64,000 nt of DNA from Selaginella moellendorffii (lineage: Eukaryota > Plantae > Lycopodiophyta), in contig NW_003314434.1 of the NCBI RefSeq assembly GCF_000143415.4, positions 104,008 through 168,007 of the forward strand. Direction: 5' to 3'. Below are positions 53,077-64,000 of this stretch, piece by piece. The position numbers and the translations under genes are program-made. Below the pieces are notes generated by a model. That model saw only the letters and a list, made by a program, of their open reading frames with translations. It did no database searches and had not been told where the DNA came from. Within the stretch, counting starts at the first letter, position 1; every line of letters begins with the position of its first letter.

Positions 53077-55220
53077 GTAATGCTCGTAAATATGCTACAA
53101 AAAGATGAAGACTCTCATCTTCACTTGCCTTCCCTTGCTTATCTGTAAGGCAACATTTTTCATATCGGCCACAAATCCATTGTATGTGAAATGAGATATG
53201 TTTATTTGTCGTCCAGTCTTGATAGCTTCCAATATATAGGCTTTTTTTTATGCTAACATTTTGCACAACTGTCTTCCCATCGATGATGGCACACAACACC
53301 TTAAGCCTAGCATGATAGTCGAGCTTCTAATAGGTGAAGTTACCTCCTTGTCCAGATGTGTAATTTGGGAGGATGTATTGTTCGCACATGCAATCCTTCT
53401 TGCTCATCATAATTATTTCACCTTTGTTGTCTAGGCAAAAAATCTAAACAAACTGGGTGAGTCCAAAGGGATAGACTCGCTTGTAGAAAATGGGTACTAC
53501 TTCTGCACAAACTTGATCCCTTACTTGATCAATATTTCTCCTTCGAGCGGCTCCACATAAACGAGTAACCCAAAAGCATTAAGCCAAAACTTGTTATAGA
53601 GAAAAAGCACAAAGCTCCCTAGACAACTTTACTTGGCCATAATATAACTCCTCGTTGCTAGATGAAATTTCCTTTATATACTCATTTAGCCTATGCATTT
53701 TTGCCATCCGTGGAGATTTGTAGGCATAACACTTGGCGTTAGGTGATCGAGATATGTAGTACAGTGCCAACAAAGGTGCTTAAGAGAAATCTTGTGTCAA
53801 CGCTACAAGAGTGGAGTCAATGGCTTGTGGCGGTGACGTGAAAACAAAATCACTCCACCCAATCAAGAGTGTGCTTGACCCAGTAGGCGGTGACGATGGC
53901 ATTTGCTCTTGCATGGCTCTAGGCAACATTTGAGCTGCTATACATTGCTTCAGAGCTAAGCCTAAAGTGTTAGCACATCTTGGCATAGGCATAGAGTGAG
54001 TGAGAGGGAAAAAGCAAGAGAAAAAAAGAAGTTCTTTAGTTGCCTCAAAATTACTTAAGTCTCCTTGCCTTATTACATTAGCTTGAAGTGTTGTTTTCTT
54101 ACTTTTTTTTGTTTTTTTATGCAAACATATTGTGGAAATCTTTTTCCTTGTTAGCCTAGTAATCTCTACTTATTAATCCTTGTGGTTTGTTGGTAGAGTT
54201 TACTGAATGGGGCAAGAAAAATGTAAGCATTACTTTTAGAATATTCACCCCTTCTTTTCTTTTCCTCTAAGTGTTGCATTGCTTGGAAAAAAAATTTATA
54301 GACCATATCAACAAGATTTAAAGGGAAGGCTTGCTCTAGAGAAAGAAATATTTGTCTAATGTATCCCTTGATTTCTTTCTTTGGAACTTCCCTATCAAAG
54401 AAAGCACTCAGATTTATAAGAGTTTCTTTAACATAAAGATGAATCTTTCCCAAGGGATATGTATTTTCCCTCTGTTCTAAATAAATAGATCCCTATTTGA
54501 GCTTATCAGAAAAAACTACTCCTTCTATCCAATTCCACTTATCTAACTCTATAAAGAGATAGAAAAGCTTGGAAATAAGATCTTGTGATCTTAATATCCC
54601 CTCCATCGATATTAAAAGTAAGTTTTATAAGATTTTATAATTGAAAAACCAATCTACCTTTCTATAGTTCTACAAAGTTTAATATCTCTTTGTAGAATTT
54701 TTCTAAGCTCTTATCCTTCACAGTTGGCCATCCTATCTGTGCATTTAGATAGCATCACGAATGAATCCTTATGAGGGCTTTATCCATGAGCTTCTCTATA
54801 ATTTTATACCCTAAGGTATAGATAATATTTATGCTTATATCTTCATGATATTTTCTTAAGCGGTTTAAATTTACTATTGCAATATCATCCCTATTTAAAG
54901 TGTGCATTTCAGCCGTTTCTAGAGCTAATATCTTAAACAAAATAAATAGACCATTTCATTTTCTCTCAAATTTATTTTTAAGAGCATCTATTTTGCCTTG
55001 ATACCAAAGGATCTTATCTCTTAGTTTAAGCTCACAAAAGATTTCAGTTGTTTATCATGCCTAACATTTGTGGCTTTTTAAATTGCATGTAAAGTCTAAA
55101 TTACTTTAAGGTTAAGCTCGTTTAAGTCTTCTATTTTGGCAAGTCTTTATTTAAGAGCTTTCTGACCATAAGTAAAATGAAATTATGTCATGCTTGTGAA
55201 TCCTTTATATACGGTCTTAT
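53077..55220 (-). mobile_element. Degenerate Gypsy polyprotein remnants (protease-like ~53100-53400; integrase C-terminal-like ~54850-55220)
   Basis: IIDGKTVVQNVSIKKSLYIGSYQD; LTYGQ...LRDKILWY..FKIL..VNLNRLRKYHE with multiple stops. Confidence 0.5.
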
Positions 55221-55975
55221 AAACCCACAAAAGTTTTGTATTTTATGCCTTTGGCAAATGTCACAATTTTTGTAGAAAATTGCTGTATCTTAACAAAGCG
55301 TAGTGTAAAACACAAATTTTTCCCTTTCAATTTGTTAGCTTCCCTCATTTATCTGACCACCACAACCTTGGATTTAGTTAAATTCTTTTGCCAAGATTCC
55401 CATTTATTGTACCAGCTCCTACTTAGTCCTACTTGGTTTCAGCAACTCATTGCACGAACAATAGAGTGTTAGCCATCCATCCATGGATTCCCAAATTCTC
55501 TCTCAGTCCCTCTCCCCAAGTTAAACTGGATTTAAGCTCTATTTCGTTAAAGTGGGAATTGTCATTATCCCACTTGTAAAATAAGGTTTCCAAACCTTTA
55601 TATAGTATATAAATATAACAAAATTCAACTGCATTGAGGCACATGCCATTTTATTTTAAACAAGGAAATGTCTACTCAATCACTTCTCCTCCCCCTGCCA
55701 CTGCTTCACCTCTCTCTTCTCCTTGTCATCGTCGTCCAATTTCTTTCCATCCTTTTAATATTGGCTTAGTTGCTCCGAGTCTAGGTGGAGCCCAAGTCCC
55801 CATTCAATCTTTACTTTCCCATTATTAATAAAACAACTTCGTAGACTTCCAATAACATGCTGTAACACTTCTAGTATAATGCAAATCCTCTCAAAGAATT
55901 GTCTTTTAATATTAATACAATGGCATGGAACCCCATGCCATAATAAGTTACATTTTTAAATAAATATATGCCATC

Positions 55976-58900
55976 TCAGACTGTTATTTTTTGCCTCCAA
56001 CGCCTATACAATAATCTTGGAATTTCATCACTCTCCACACTATCAGGATTTAAACCCAATAGTAATGCCATCTCTTCTCTAATACGTCCACGCTCATGTT
56101 CAGTGGTCGAAGAACCCATCCGGTTGAGCAGATTATGGAGATGCGGATAGTGCTTGGCTAGACAATATACATGCCATAAATGATGACTGGTGTCTGTCCG
56201 ATCAAATGGCTTCTGATATACCGTTCCATCTGCCATTTGGTTGATTTCTGCAGCCACCTCCTGGACTGGCCGGTTCTCTATCACCATCGCTCCAAGCCGT
56301 TTTGCAAGGTCCCCCAGAACATACGGTTTCTTCTCCCTAGTTTCCATACTGCAAGAGATGGGGTGCACTGCATATGTGTGCGTGTTCGCTGCAGTTTTAA
56401 TCGGCGAGTCATCGATGATGAGGATTTCACTTGAGCTAGCAGTCCGGTTCATCACTACAGCCTCTGGCTTGACGAAGATGGGCTTGCTACCCCTCACATG
56501 GACCATAGTCAAGCAATCCTCCTGCGTTAGGAGAAAGTCAAATGGTAATATTACTCGCGTCTGATCGTGCATCATCTGTAGCAACGTTAATGCATTGTGG
56601 CGCATCATGGATGTCCAAACTCCCAATTGCAAATTGAACCCGGCCCTCTGTTTTAAGTGTTGCATGGTCATTATTAGATCCCGCAGTTTCTCCCGTGTGA
56701 TTAATGTGAATCTGTCTCTTTTGACCAACTTGCGACCGCAAGCTTTGGAGGGTGCAATGACATTCGAGGACGAGCCACGCTCATGGGAGAAAAGGACACC
56801 GTTCAGATCAAAAACGATACAGTACCTTCGCCGTGACTCTGAAATGAAATGCGTCAGCATAAAAAATGGTACAAGTCAATTTTACCATCTACAATATTAG
56901 CGAATGTTGCTCCCGATGGTCGTTGAGAGGGTTTTGGTCGAGGAAACGTGAAGGGCGGAAATACTCTCCTCTGCAATGTGGGGTCAATCGCATCTGATGG
57001 TGTGTGGGCACATGCCATTTCAGCTGTAGACTCTGGTACAACTGGCTCAACAGTGGCATGGGGTGGTTCCGATGGCGTGTGATCACACGCCATTTCAGCT
57101 GGTGCCTCCATTGGCAAAGTGGACATGACCGAACAGGCAGCAGGGGCGGTGTAGGGAGGTTCCAACGGCGCGTAGTCAGACGATTGGGCACACGTTGAGT
57201 CCGTTGGAAATGAGGATACGACCGGCTCGGCGGCTGGGGCGGCCTCATGTGGGTCCAATGGCGCCTGGTCACCGTCAGTTGGATACGTGGACAAGATTGA
57301 CTCAGTGGTATGGGCAGCATCAAGTGGAGCGTGGTCAGCTTGCTTGGCGTTGATATGGATAGTAGCCTCCACCAGCTCTGATGACTCTTGCAGCCAAGTA
57401 GAGTCCACTAGCGGATCCATATGCATGTCCAAATATCTCCCTTCGATTGAGATGGTATCCTCCCGTGCTACTAAAAACAAACTCATTAGCACATTGAATC
57501 GACTATACTGTATTTACCATCAACTGCTATTGAGGAACTAGGACCGATATCACTTGAGCGCACTGCTGATTCTGAAGGATTGGACATACGTTTCGACCCT
57601 TGCTTGGCACTATCCTTCCTCGACACTAAAGGCTAGAGTTTGTAAATTCAACTGAATAATCTCTACTTACCATTTGCTCTGCAACCTACATGGACAATGT
57701 TAGAAATGGTAAAAGGTTAGGAATGGATGTATTATTATTTACCTGATGGTTTGTCTTGTATGACCTTCCTCCGCCGCTCTTTGGCCACCTCAGGCTGGCC
57801 ATCGTCGTCATCATCGTCGTCGTCGTTATTGTGATCGTCACCATTGTGAGGACCATCCAAGTCCTCTTCGTCCTCCTCTTCTTCGTCCTCCTCTTCTTTG
57901 TCCTCCTCTTCGTCCTTCTGCTCTTCCTGCTCATTATCTTTCTCTGGCTCCTCATCCCCCTCCTGCATTTCTTCCATAGGCTGCTCAGGCTGGATGGCTT
58001 GTTCTTCCAGGACCATCTTGGGAAAATCATCTGGCCAAGTCTCCATCTCAAAATACAAGACATCCATAGCCTGTTTTAGTGCGTGACCTAGGACCGTATC
58101 CTCACCCGACTGTCTTAACATGGTTTCTGCACGTTCTTGCACCCTTCGAAGACGACAAGATGAGAAAAACGTGGCCCTGCCTTGAAAAGCTTCCCTCATC
58201 CATTGTACCTCTCCATTGAGATTGGGGAAGGAGAGTCCGCCATAGGAATCTGAGTCATGAGGTGGTGACTGTCTGCTTTCACTCAGCCCTTGATCTGCAA
58301 TGAATGGCATGAGCACACACGCCATAACCGCGAGGCATTACCTATCATCTTTTCGTTGCCCTTCTTCCTTTTCGAATCAAACGCCTCTGATCTCGACGAC
58401 TGTCCAACGTGCTTTCGCTTTTTATGACCACTGTCAGTTTGAGCTTCGCTGGTGCTTTCCTGTTTTGCCTTTGAAGAAGTTTCTCCTGCAAGGAATGGCA
58501 TGAGACCACACGCCATTGCAAATATAATTTGTACCTCCTTTTTTCCTATTGCTTTTCTGTTTGTCCTTCTTCGATGCGCCACCAGTGCGCTTTTCAGTCC
58601 TCGTGTCTGAATATTCACAACGATCTATAATCAAAATGGTGTGAGGCCTCACGTGACCTTACCTTGTGCAGGTTGTGAGCTCGGCCCAACATGGGTATCT
58701 TCAACAGTAGCTGTTAACGCCGTTTCAGCATCTGGGGGTGGCCACGCTCCTGCATACAGAGCTTGTGAGATAACATTTAAACTTAAAGTGCGTACTCACC
58801 AGGTTCGCAGAGAAGATACTGTTTTTCTTTGGCAACTGTAATTATATGCTCCATTGAAGTCACCTCTTCAATGGAGTTTGTCACCGCAACACACGGGACA

Positions 58901-61354
58901 CCCTTGAGTAGTGCGGCTCGAAAGAATAGTCCGCCGCAGTTGTACTCGACAACGCATTTGCCCTTGGAGTCGGAAGCAGGTGACCCACCCGCTATTGCGT
59001 TGAAGACCCAGCTGAGCATTTCCCATGCTGCACCTGGAGCTTTCTTTGGATTCGAAAGCTCCATAGCCGTCTTCAGTTCCTCAGGCACGGGTAAATTGAC
59101 CTCCCTCAGATCAATTCGATTGGCCTTGTCGAACGAAGCTGGGAAGTCACTCCAGTCCCACTCTGCTGCAGGACCAATAACAAGGGCGAGTGTGAAGATG
59201 CGGACATTCGTCGGTATCTTCTTCTTAGCCATTATCCCATGGATCTCCCGCATCTCCTTGCCTTTCAACCGAGCCTTCACCTCGTTCAAGGCCTTCCAGA
59301 ACTTGTGATAGGATTCGGAGTCGTAGATCATATAGTGGACTGAAGATTCCACCTCCGCAAGTCCCACCATTAAGTCAATGATGGAGCTGACTTCGTCTGC
59401 ATGAGTGATCTCCTCGTTTGTGAAGTCCATCACACAAAAGATGTTCTTGACCTGCTCATCTCCGCGGGAAACGATGCTCCTCTACCTTTGATCCTCATCC
59501 GAATTCAAGTATACCCGGTAAGGTTCTCGATAGGCCTCTGCTGCGGGGTCGAGCTGTTTCTGAAGCCGGCGGTCGACATCAATCTTAATGAAATTTGGAT
59601 ACTGATCCAACTTCTCAGCTTTACTTTTCGTGGCATCCCGCAGCAGATCGATGAACTTGGGGGCCCCCTTCACGTACTCGTCGATGTCTTCATTTGACAA
59701 CTCCAGCGCTTCCATCATCTCTTGCGTGGTGTCGATGCTCACCCTCTCCACGGCCACTTGCTCGAAGATCCAATCCTTCAATAGCGCACGAGCTCTCAGA
59801 GTCGTGCACAAGTCCTCGTATGTCACAATATGGCCGGGAGTCATTTTGGTCTTGTTGAAGACAACCTCACCACGTAGAAGAGCATTAGCCACTGTCAGAA
59901 GGTCGTCGTCGTCTAGAGACCGCGAGAAATGCAAGGCGTTGAGCTTCAAATCATTGGGCTTCCGGCCGTCCTCCACACCCATTGAGTTTGGCAACTCCCC
60001 GTCATGGTACCTCCTCAGCACATCTACCCATTTGTCAAAAACAACTTTTGTCGCGAGTAGAATGTTATGGATGCTGAGTGTGTCATTGACCCCCAGTGTT
60101 TTCGAGAGAAGACTCGAGAATTCCTGCAATGGAAATGGCGTGAGGCCACATGCTATGCCACATACAACGAGGCTTACCTGCCAGGCGCTAGTTGCTAGTG
60201 CACGTCCTTGTCCTGGTTTTTGTGGCTTCTTCAGTTGAACCCAGAGCTTCCGTGTTCGTGCCAATGTCTCGTGCAGACCCGATTTGTAGCACGTTTCTTG
60301 CTTGACATTCTGCGCGTGGGAGATGTATATGATAGATCGGAGGGGCGAGTTGCCTTTTATCAGGCGGACAACTCTTGTCTTGAAGACTTTCTTCACCTCC
60401 TCGCCCACCATAATATCCACAACTATCTCTTGCATCGCCAAGCTAGAATGCTGCCCGGAGACGGCATAGAACCGGATGTTCTGATCGTCCAACACCTTCC
60501 TATTGATCAAGTCTGGAAACCTCATCTCGCCCTTCATTTTTTGGTAGTAGGGGATCACGTCTGCGATGTCGGGTGTTACTGGACTTGCCAGCATCTTCTG
60601 CTTCAATTTCTCCACCCACTCATCAGATACTAGCCTGTGGTTGTATTTGCTTTGGATGTTAATACGGCTCACATCGATTGTATATACTTTGTTGGAATAG
60701 TAACAAGTACTATTATCTGCGACGATTTTTGCTGCCTCTTCTTGCTCTTTCTGCTCTTTGCGGCTCTTCTTTTTGGTGGGTGTAGTGTTCGAACCCGAGG
60801 CAATGGCATCACTGAGTAGCTTCTTTTTTGGAGCAGGAGAGTCGGACGTCGGCTTGAGCTTGACCACCCTTTTCTGCTTCGAGGTAGTTTCCAGATTGAC
60901 CCCCTTCCCCTTTGCTTCGCGAACTGGAGTCACTCTCAACGGCTCAATGTTGGAATATAGTTTTTGAACATCGCCGTAGGTGAGGTCCGTGGATTCCATG
61001 TGATCTTCATAGACCCGCAGCGTCTTTGAAATTGTGGGCCTCCTGGACAACCTCTCCCTAGCTCACTCTAGGAATTCCTCATAGCCGCTGCCCTCCGGGA
61101 AGCCACTAGGATGTGCAAGGTGGATCTTGAAGGCAGACGCTGTCTCTACCACAAGTGCCAGTCCATATTCTTGCATGGAACTGCATGGAGTGTCTGTCAC
61201 TTGGATGAGGATCCCCATGCATTCTTTTCTCCCACCATCTGTGTTGTACAGCCTCAGATCCTCGCCTTCCATCCCGAAAGTCCAACTGGTGAGCTCCTCC
61301 CCCTTCTCTGCATCCACATTGACAGTGGCTGGAAGAAGAACGCAATTCCTCGCC
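55976..61354 (-). pseudogene. Large multi-exon gene (~1600 aa): ParB/Srx-like + degenerate beta-class amino-methyltransferase-like + acidic/Pro-rich linker + FCP1/NIF-type HAD domain; two in-frame stops
   Basis: ORFs 61063-61374, 59482-61050 and 58783-59433 share one frame, separated only by TGA (61063-65) and TAG (59482-84); downstream exons join through compatible phase-1 GT-AG introns to IVFDLNGVL..GVWTS..ILIIDDSPIK; true start not located. Confidence 0.7.
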
Positions 61355-61890
61355 TGTTCAGAAATGCACAACAATTAGAGCTGACAGATGAAAAGCTAGT
61401 AGCTGGAAATAACGTGAGGCCACACGCCATTCACCACTGCATCAGATGTCTTGAGGCTGCATCCTAAGATGGCGTGAGGCTACACGCCATCTGTAACCGG
61501 ACTGCACTCGAGAGCCCAATCGGTGCATGCCAATGTTGCTACTGAATGGCATGTGGCCTCATGCCATTTTCTACTTGGCCTAAAAGACTTACCATTTGAA
61601 GCCGAATGGAGGCATGACAACCGGACTCGCTGGCGAATGTGCACTGTATGTGCAGCGGATCGTAGCAGCAAGGCTACTCTGCCACTTACAGTTGGAGAGT
61701 GGCGCTGAAATCTCCCGGGACGCCAAGTGGGCTGCATGTGGGTGGCGGAGTGGGCGGCGGAGTTGGCAGCGAAGTTACAAACTGGGTGTGTCTTGAAGTG
61801 GACGCCGATGCACACGAGCGCGATGTGAGCGCGAGTGTGATGCAAGCGCGAGTGGACGCCGATGCACACGAGAAACCTGTAGAGAAGTGG

Positions 61891-62038
61891 GAGCGCGAGT
61901 GGGAGCGCGATGCGAGCGCGAGTGGGAGCGCGATGCGAGCGCGAGTGGGAGCGCGATGCGAGCGCGAGTGGGAGCGCGATGCGAGCGCGAGTGGGAGCGC
62001 GATGTGAGCGCAAGTGGGAGCGCGATGCGAGCGCGAGT
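61891..62038. repeat. 23-bp CpG-rich minisatellite (GAGCGCGAGTGGGAGCGCGATGC) x ~6.4
   Basis: Direct inspection; degenerate units extend left to ~61815. Confidence 0.92.
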
Positions 62039-62938
62039 ACGAAGCAAAATGCAAAACCTAACCTCACACGCGCGAAATGTCACGACGGTTGGTAATCCCG
62101 CCATGTCATCATTTCTCGGACTTGGGCGCCACCATTAATTTCTGGATCGGCGCGCGCATGCGTGAAATCCAAAAGAAATCCGCAACGTCATCATTCCTCG
62201 GACTGCATGCACGCGAAATCCAAAAGAAATATCATGATTGGGATATCATTTAATACCCTCGCTATATTTATACCATGCATGATTGGATATTCCAAAGCAT
62301 CTTGTATTTCCAAAAATGCCAGATATTCAGCTAAATAAATTGTCAAAGGATTTGATGTGACGTTCAAGCATGTGGGCTCATGCAATTTTGATCCCAAAAA
62401 ATGCACCAAAAAATGCTCGGCGTCATCTGGCGTTATCTCTTGAATGGCGTGGGGCCGCATGCCATTTTCAGGAGCACATAGGAGTATATTCCTAGAATAT
62501 TCTAACACGCGCGAGATTGTTTTGAGTTTCCTGGAGATCCAACCGTTAGATCGCAACTAGATTTTACAGAATGGTATACAATGTCCTTCTTGATGACCCT
62601 GCAAAGAAGCATCTCGATCGGACACCACATGAGACCACACGAGCCTTACAATGTTTCAGGGGCATTTGCCATAGATCCGACCGTTATTTTGCTCCAAGAT
62701 TCTACAGTTTGGTGTGCATTGACCTTTCCATCGACACTGCAAAGGGACATCACAATCAGATGCGGGATCACAAGAAACCAACTTCACTAACTCTGGTTTC
62801 ACCAAGATCTACGTAAGGAGTTATGAAATGAAAGGACCCTCTCTATTGAAATGTGTTTATGGTCCTAGGGGCATTGTGACATATCAAAGGATTTTGCATC
62901 AAGTTCTGTATTTGCATGTTTATCAAGCTACTGAATTG

Positions 62939-62970
62939 CTAAACCCTAAACCCTAAACCCTAACCCTAAA
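62939..62970. repeat. Short interstitial plant telomeric repeat (CCCTAAA)n, ~4 units
   Basis: ctaaaccctaaaccctaaaccctaaccctaaa. Confidence 0.85.
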
Positions 62971-63865
62971 CATGTGGCAAATGCTGCGTGAAGAAAGATG
63001 CCCTTTCTGGGCAAATGCTGTAAGAGGCAGATGCCGAGCAGATGTATCTCAGGCTAGCGAAGGGGACAAACGAAAGCTAGCTATAAACATGACGGGATGC
63101 AAATAGATTACTAGGCTGGTCCTGCGAAAATCAAAAACCATAATTGAAAACATTGAAAATGCAAAAAGAAAGGTTTATAATATTTTTGAATTTTAAGCAA
63201 CCAAAGGAATGTAAGTAGGGCATGTGTTTGTAAGTTTAAAAATGCCTCAACCATATAAATTCCCAAGTAAATAAAGCTATTTCTATTTTTGGTACAGGTA
63301 AACTTTATAGCGTGTGGGCTCATGCAATTTTGAACCCAAAAATGCACCAAAAGATGCTCGACTAGCATTATTCTTTGAATGGCATGTGGCCTTATGTCGA
63401 GCATTATTCTATGAATGGCGTGTGGCCTTATATTGCCATAAATGGACGTACACACACAGCATAATTATTCCTTTACACGGCGAATAATCTTGGCGCGGAT
63501 CGCTGACATGGCATGGCAAAGTTCGAATCACTGACATGGCACAGCTGGATCGAGGCAAGGACATGATGTGACAAAGTTCAACCTTCGACAGCAAAGTCTA
63601 GAAGCTACTCAGTTTGAAATTTGTCAGAGGAATCATAAGATCTGGTTTGTCAGAGGATTTGATGTGACGTTCAAGCGTGTGTTATTTTTGAATTCTCGAA
63701 CTCATTCCTAGGTCTATCATTTTTGTGCGCCGTGTTCTTGGTTCCGCTGAGCGCAGTGAGTGCTGCTTGTGTAAGCGGCGTTGTGGGCTGTGGTTTATGC
63801 GTCTACGAGCGGTTGCGGCATTGCGAGCGCCATTGCGAGCGGCAGTTTATGCGAGTGGCAGTTTG

Positions 63866-63935
63866 TGCGAGCGGCGCTACGAGCAGTTGCGGTGTTGCGA
63901 GCGGCGCTACGAGTAGTTGCGGTGTTGCGAGCGGC
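63866..63935. repeat. 30-bp tandem repeat x ~2.3
   Basis: tgcgagcggcgctacgag(c/t)agttgcggtgt. Confidence 0.85.
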
Positions 63936-64000
63936 ACTGTCTTTGGTGTGGCTACCGCTTCCTCTTGATATTCGGCACTTGTGCTTCCTGGTATGTTGAC

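Larger units (their letters stand above)
55920..63439. repeat. Dispersed 22-bp palindrome family, consensus ATGGCGTG(A/T)GGCC(T/A)CACGCCAT, at least 13 copies
   Basis: Copies start at 55920, 56997, 57072, 58304, 58495, 58636, 60135, 61409, 61469, 61546, 62444, 63379, 63415; weaker ones at 62365 and 63307. Confidence 0.88.

Noticed and set aside
59452-59485. Intron removing the TAG between the ParB-like and methyltransferase-like parts
   Set aside because: GT..AG span is only ~34 nt, lacks a pyrimidine tract and would shift the frame; a nonsense mutation is simpler
59630-60633. Plus-strand 202-aa and 141-aa ORFs
   Set aside because: Antisense shadows of the minus-strand ParB-like exon
61480-62138. 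Several repetitive ORFs (ASRSHSRSHRAPTRARIALPL)
   Set aside because: Translations of a stop-free 23-bp minisatellite
62939-62970. True telomere or chromosome-fusion site
   Set aside because: Only ~4 units in one orientation; more like a telo-box cluster or healing scar
55920-63439. 22-bp palindromes or 23-bp array as a CRISPR array
   Set aside because: The palindromes are irregularly spaced, the 23-bp array has no unique spacers, there are no cas genes and the context is eukaryotic

Overview
Eukaryotic plant nuclear DNA: gene-dense, with very short (~45-65 nt) introns, most consistent with a lycophyte such as Selaginella (inferred from gene style, no search run). All family assignments are by motif recognition from memory. 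1-37.5 kb is a tight gene cluster: cereblon-like, purine permease, AAF/SPA15-like, OBAP, FBL11-like, CCHC-1R-MYB, FBL15/SLOMO-like and two head-to-head callose synthases. The minus-strand synthase is divergent, N-truncated and runs in frame into the C-terminal (C-Ala) exons of an alanyl-tRNA synthetase; the preceding AlaRS exons lie downstream of it in permuted order. 36-44 kb holds an intronless orphan, PPR debris, a TRIM-like mini-retrotransposon and MET1 with a perfect 34-bp twin-G-box palindrome. 44-55.5 kb is retroelement debris containing a young non-coding 7.3-kb LTR element (1144-bp LTRs, GTAGT TSD). 55.9-64 kb is the most unusual part: a ~1600-aa multi-exon gene with two in-frame stops, joining a ParB/Srx-like domain, a degenerate beta-class amino-DNA-methyltransferase-like domain and an FCP1/NIF-type HAD domain. 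The gene and its flanks carry at least 13 copies of a 22-bp palindrome (ATGGCGTGAGGCCTCACGCCAT), four inside its own introns: a candidate ParB/parS-like module in a probable mobile element.
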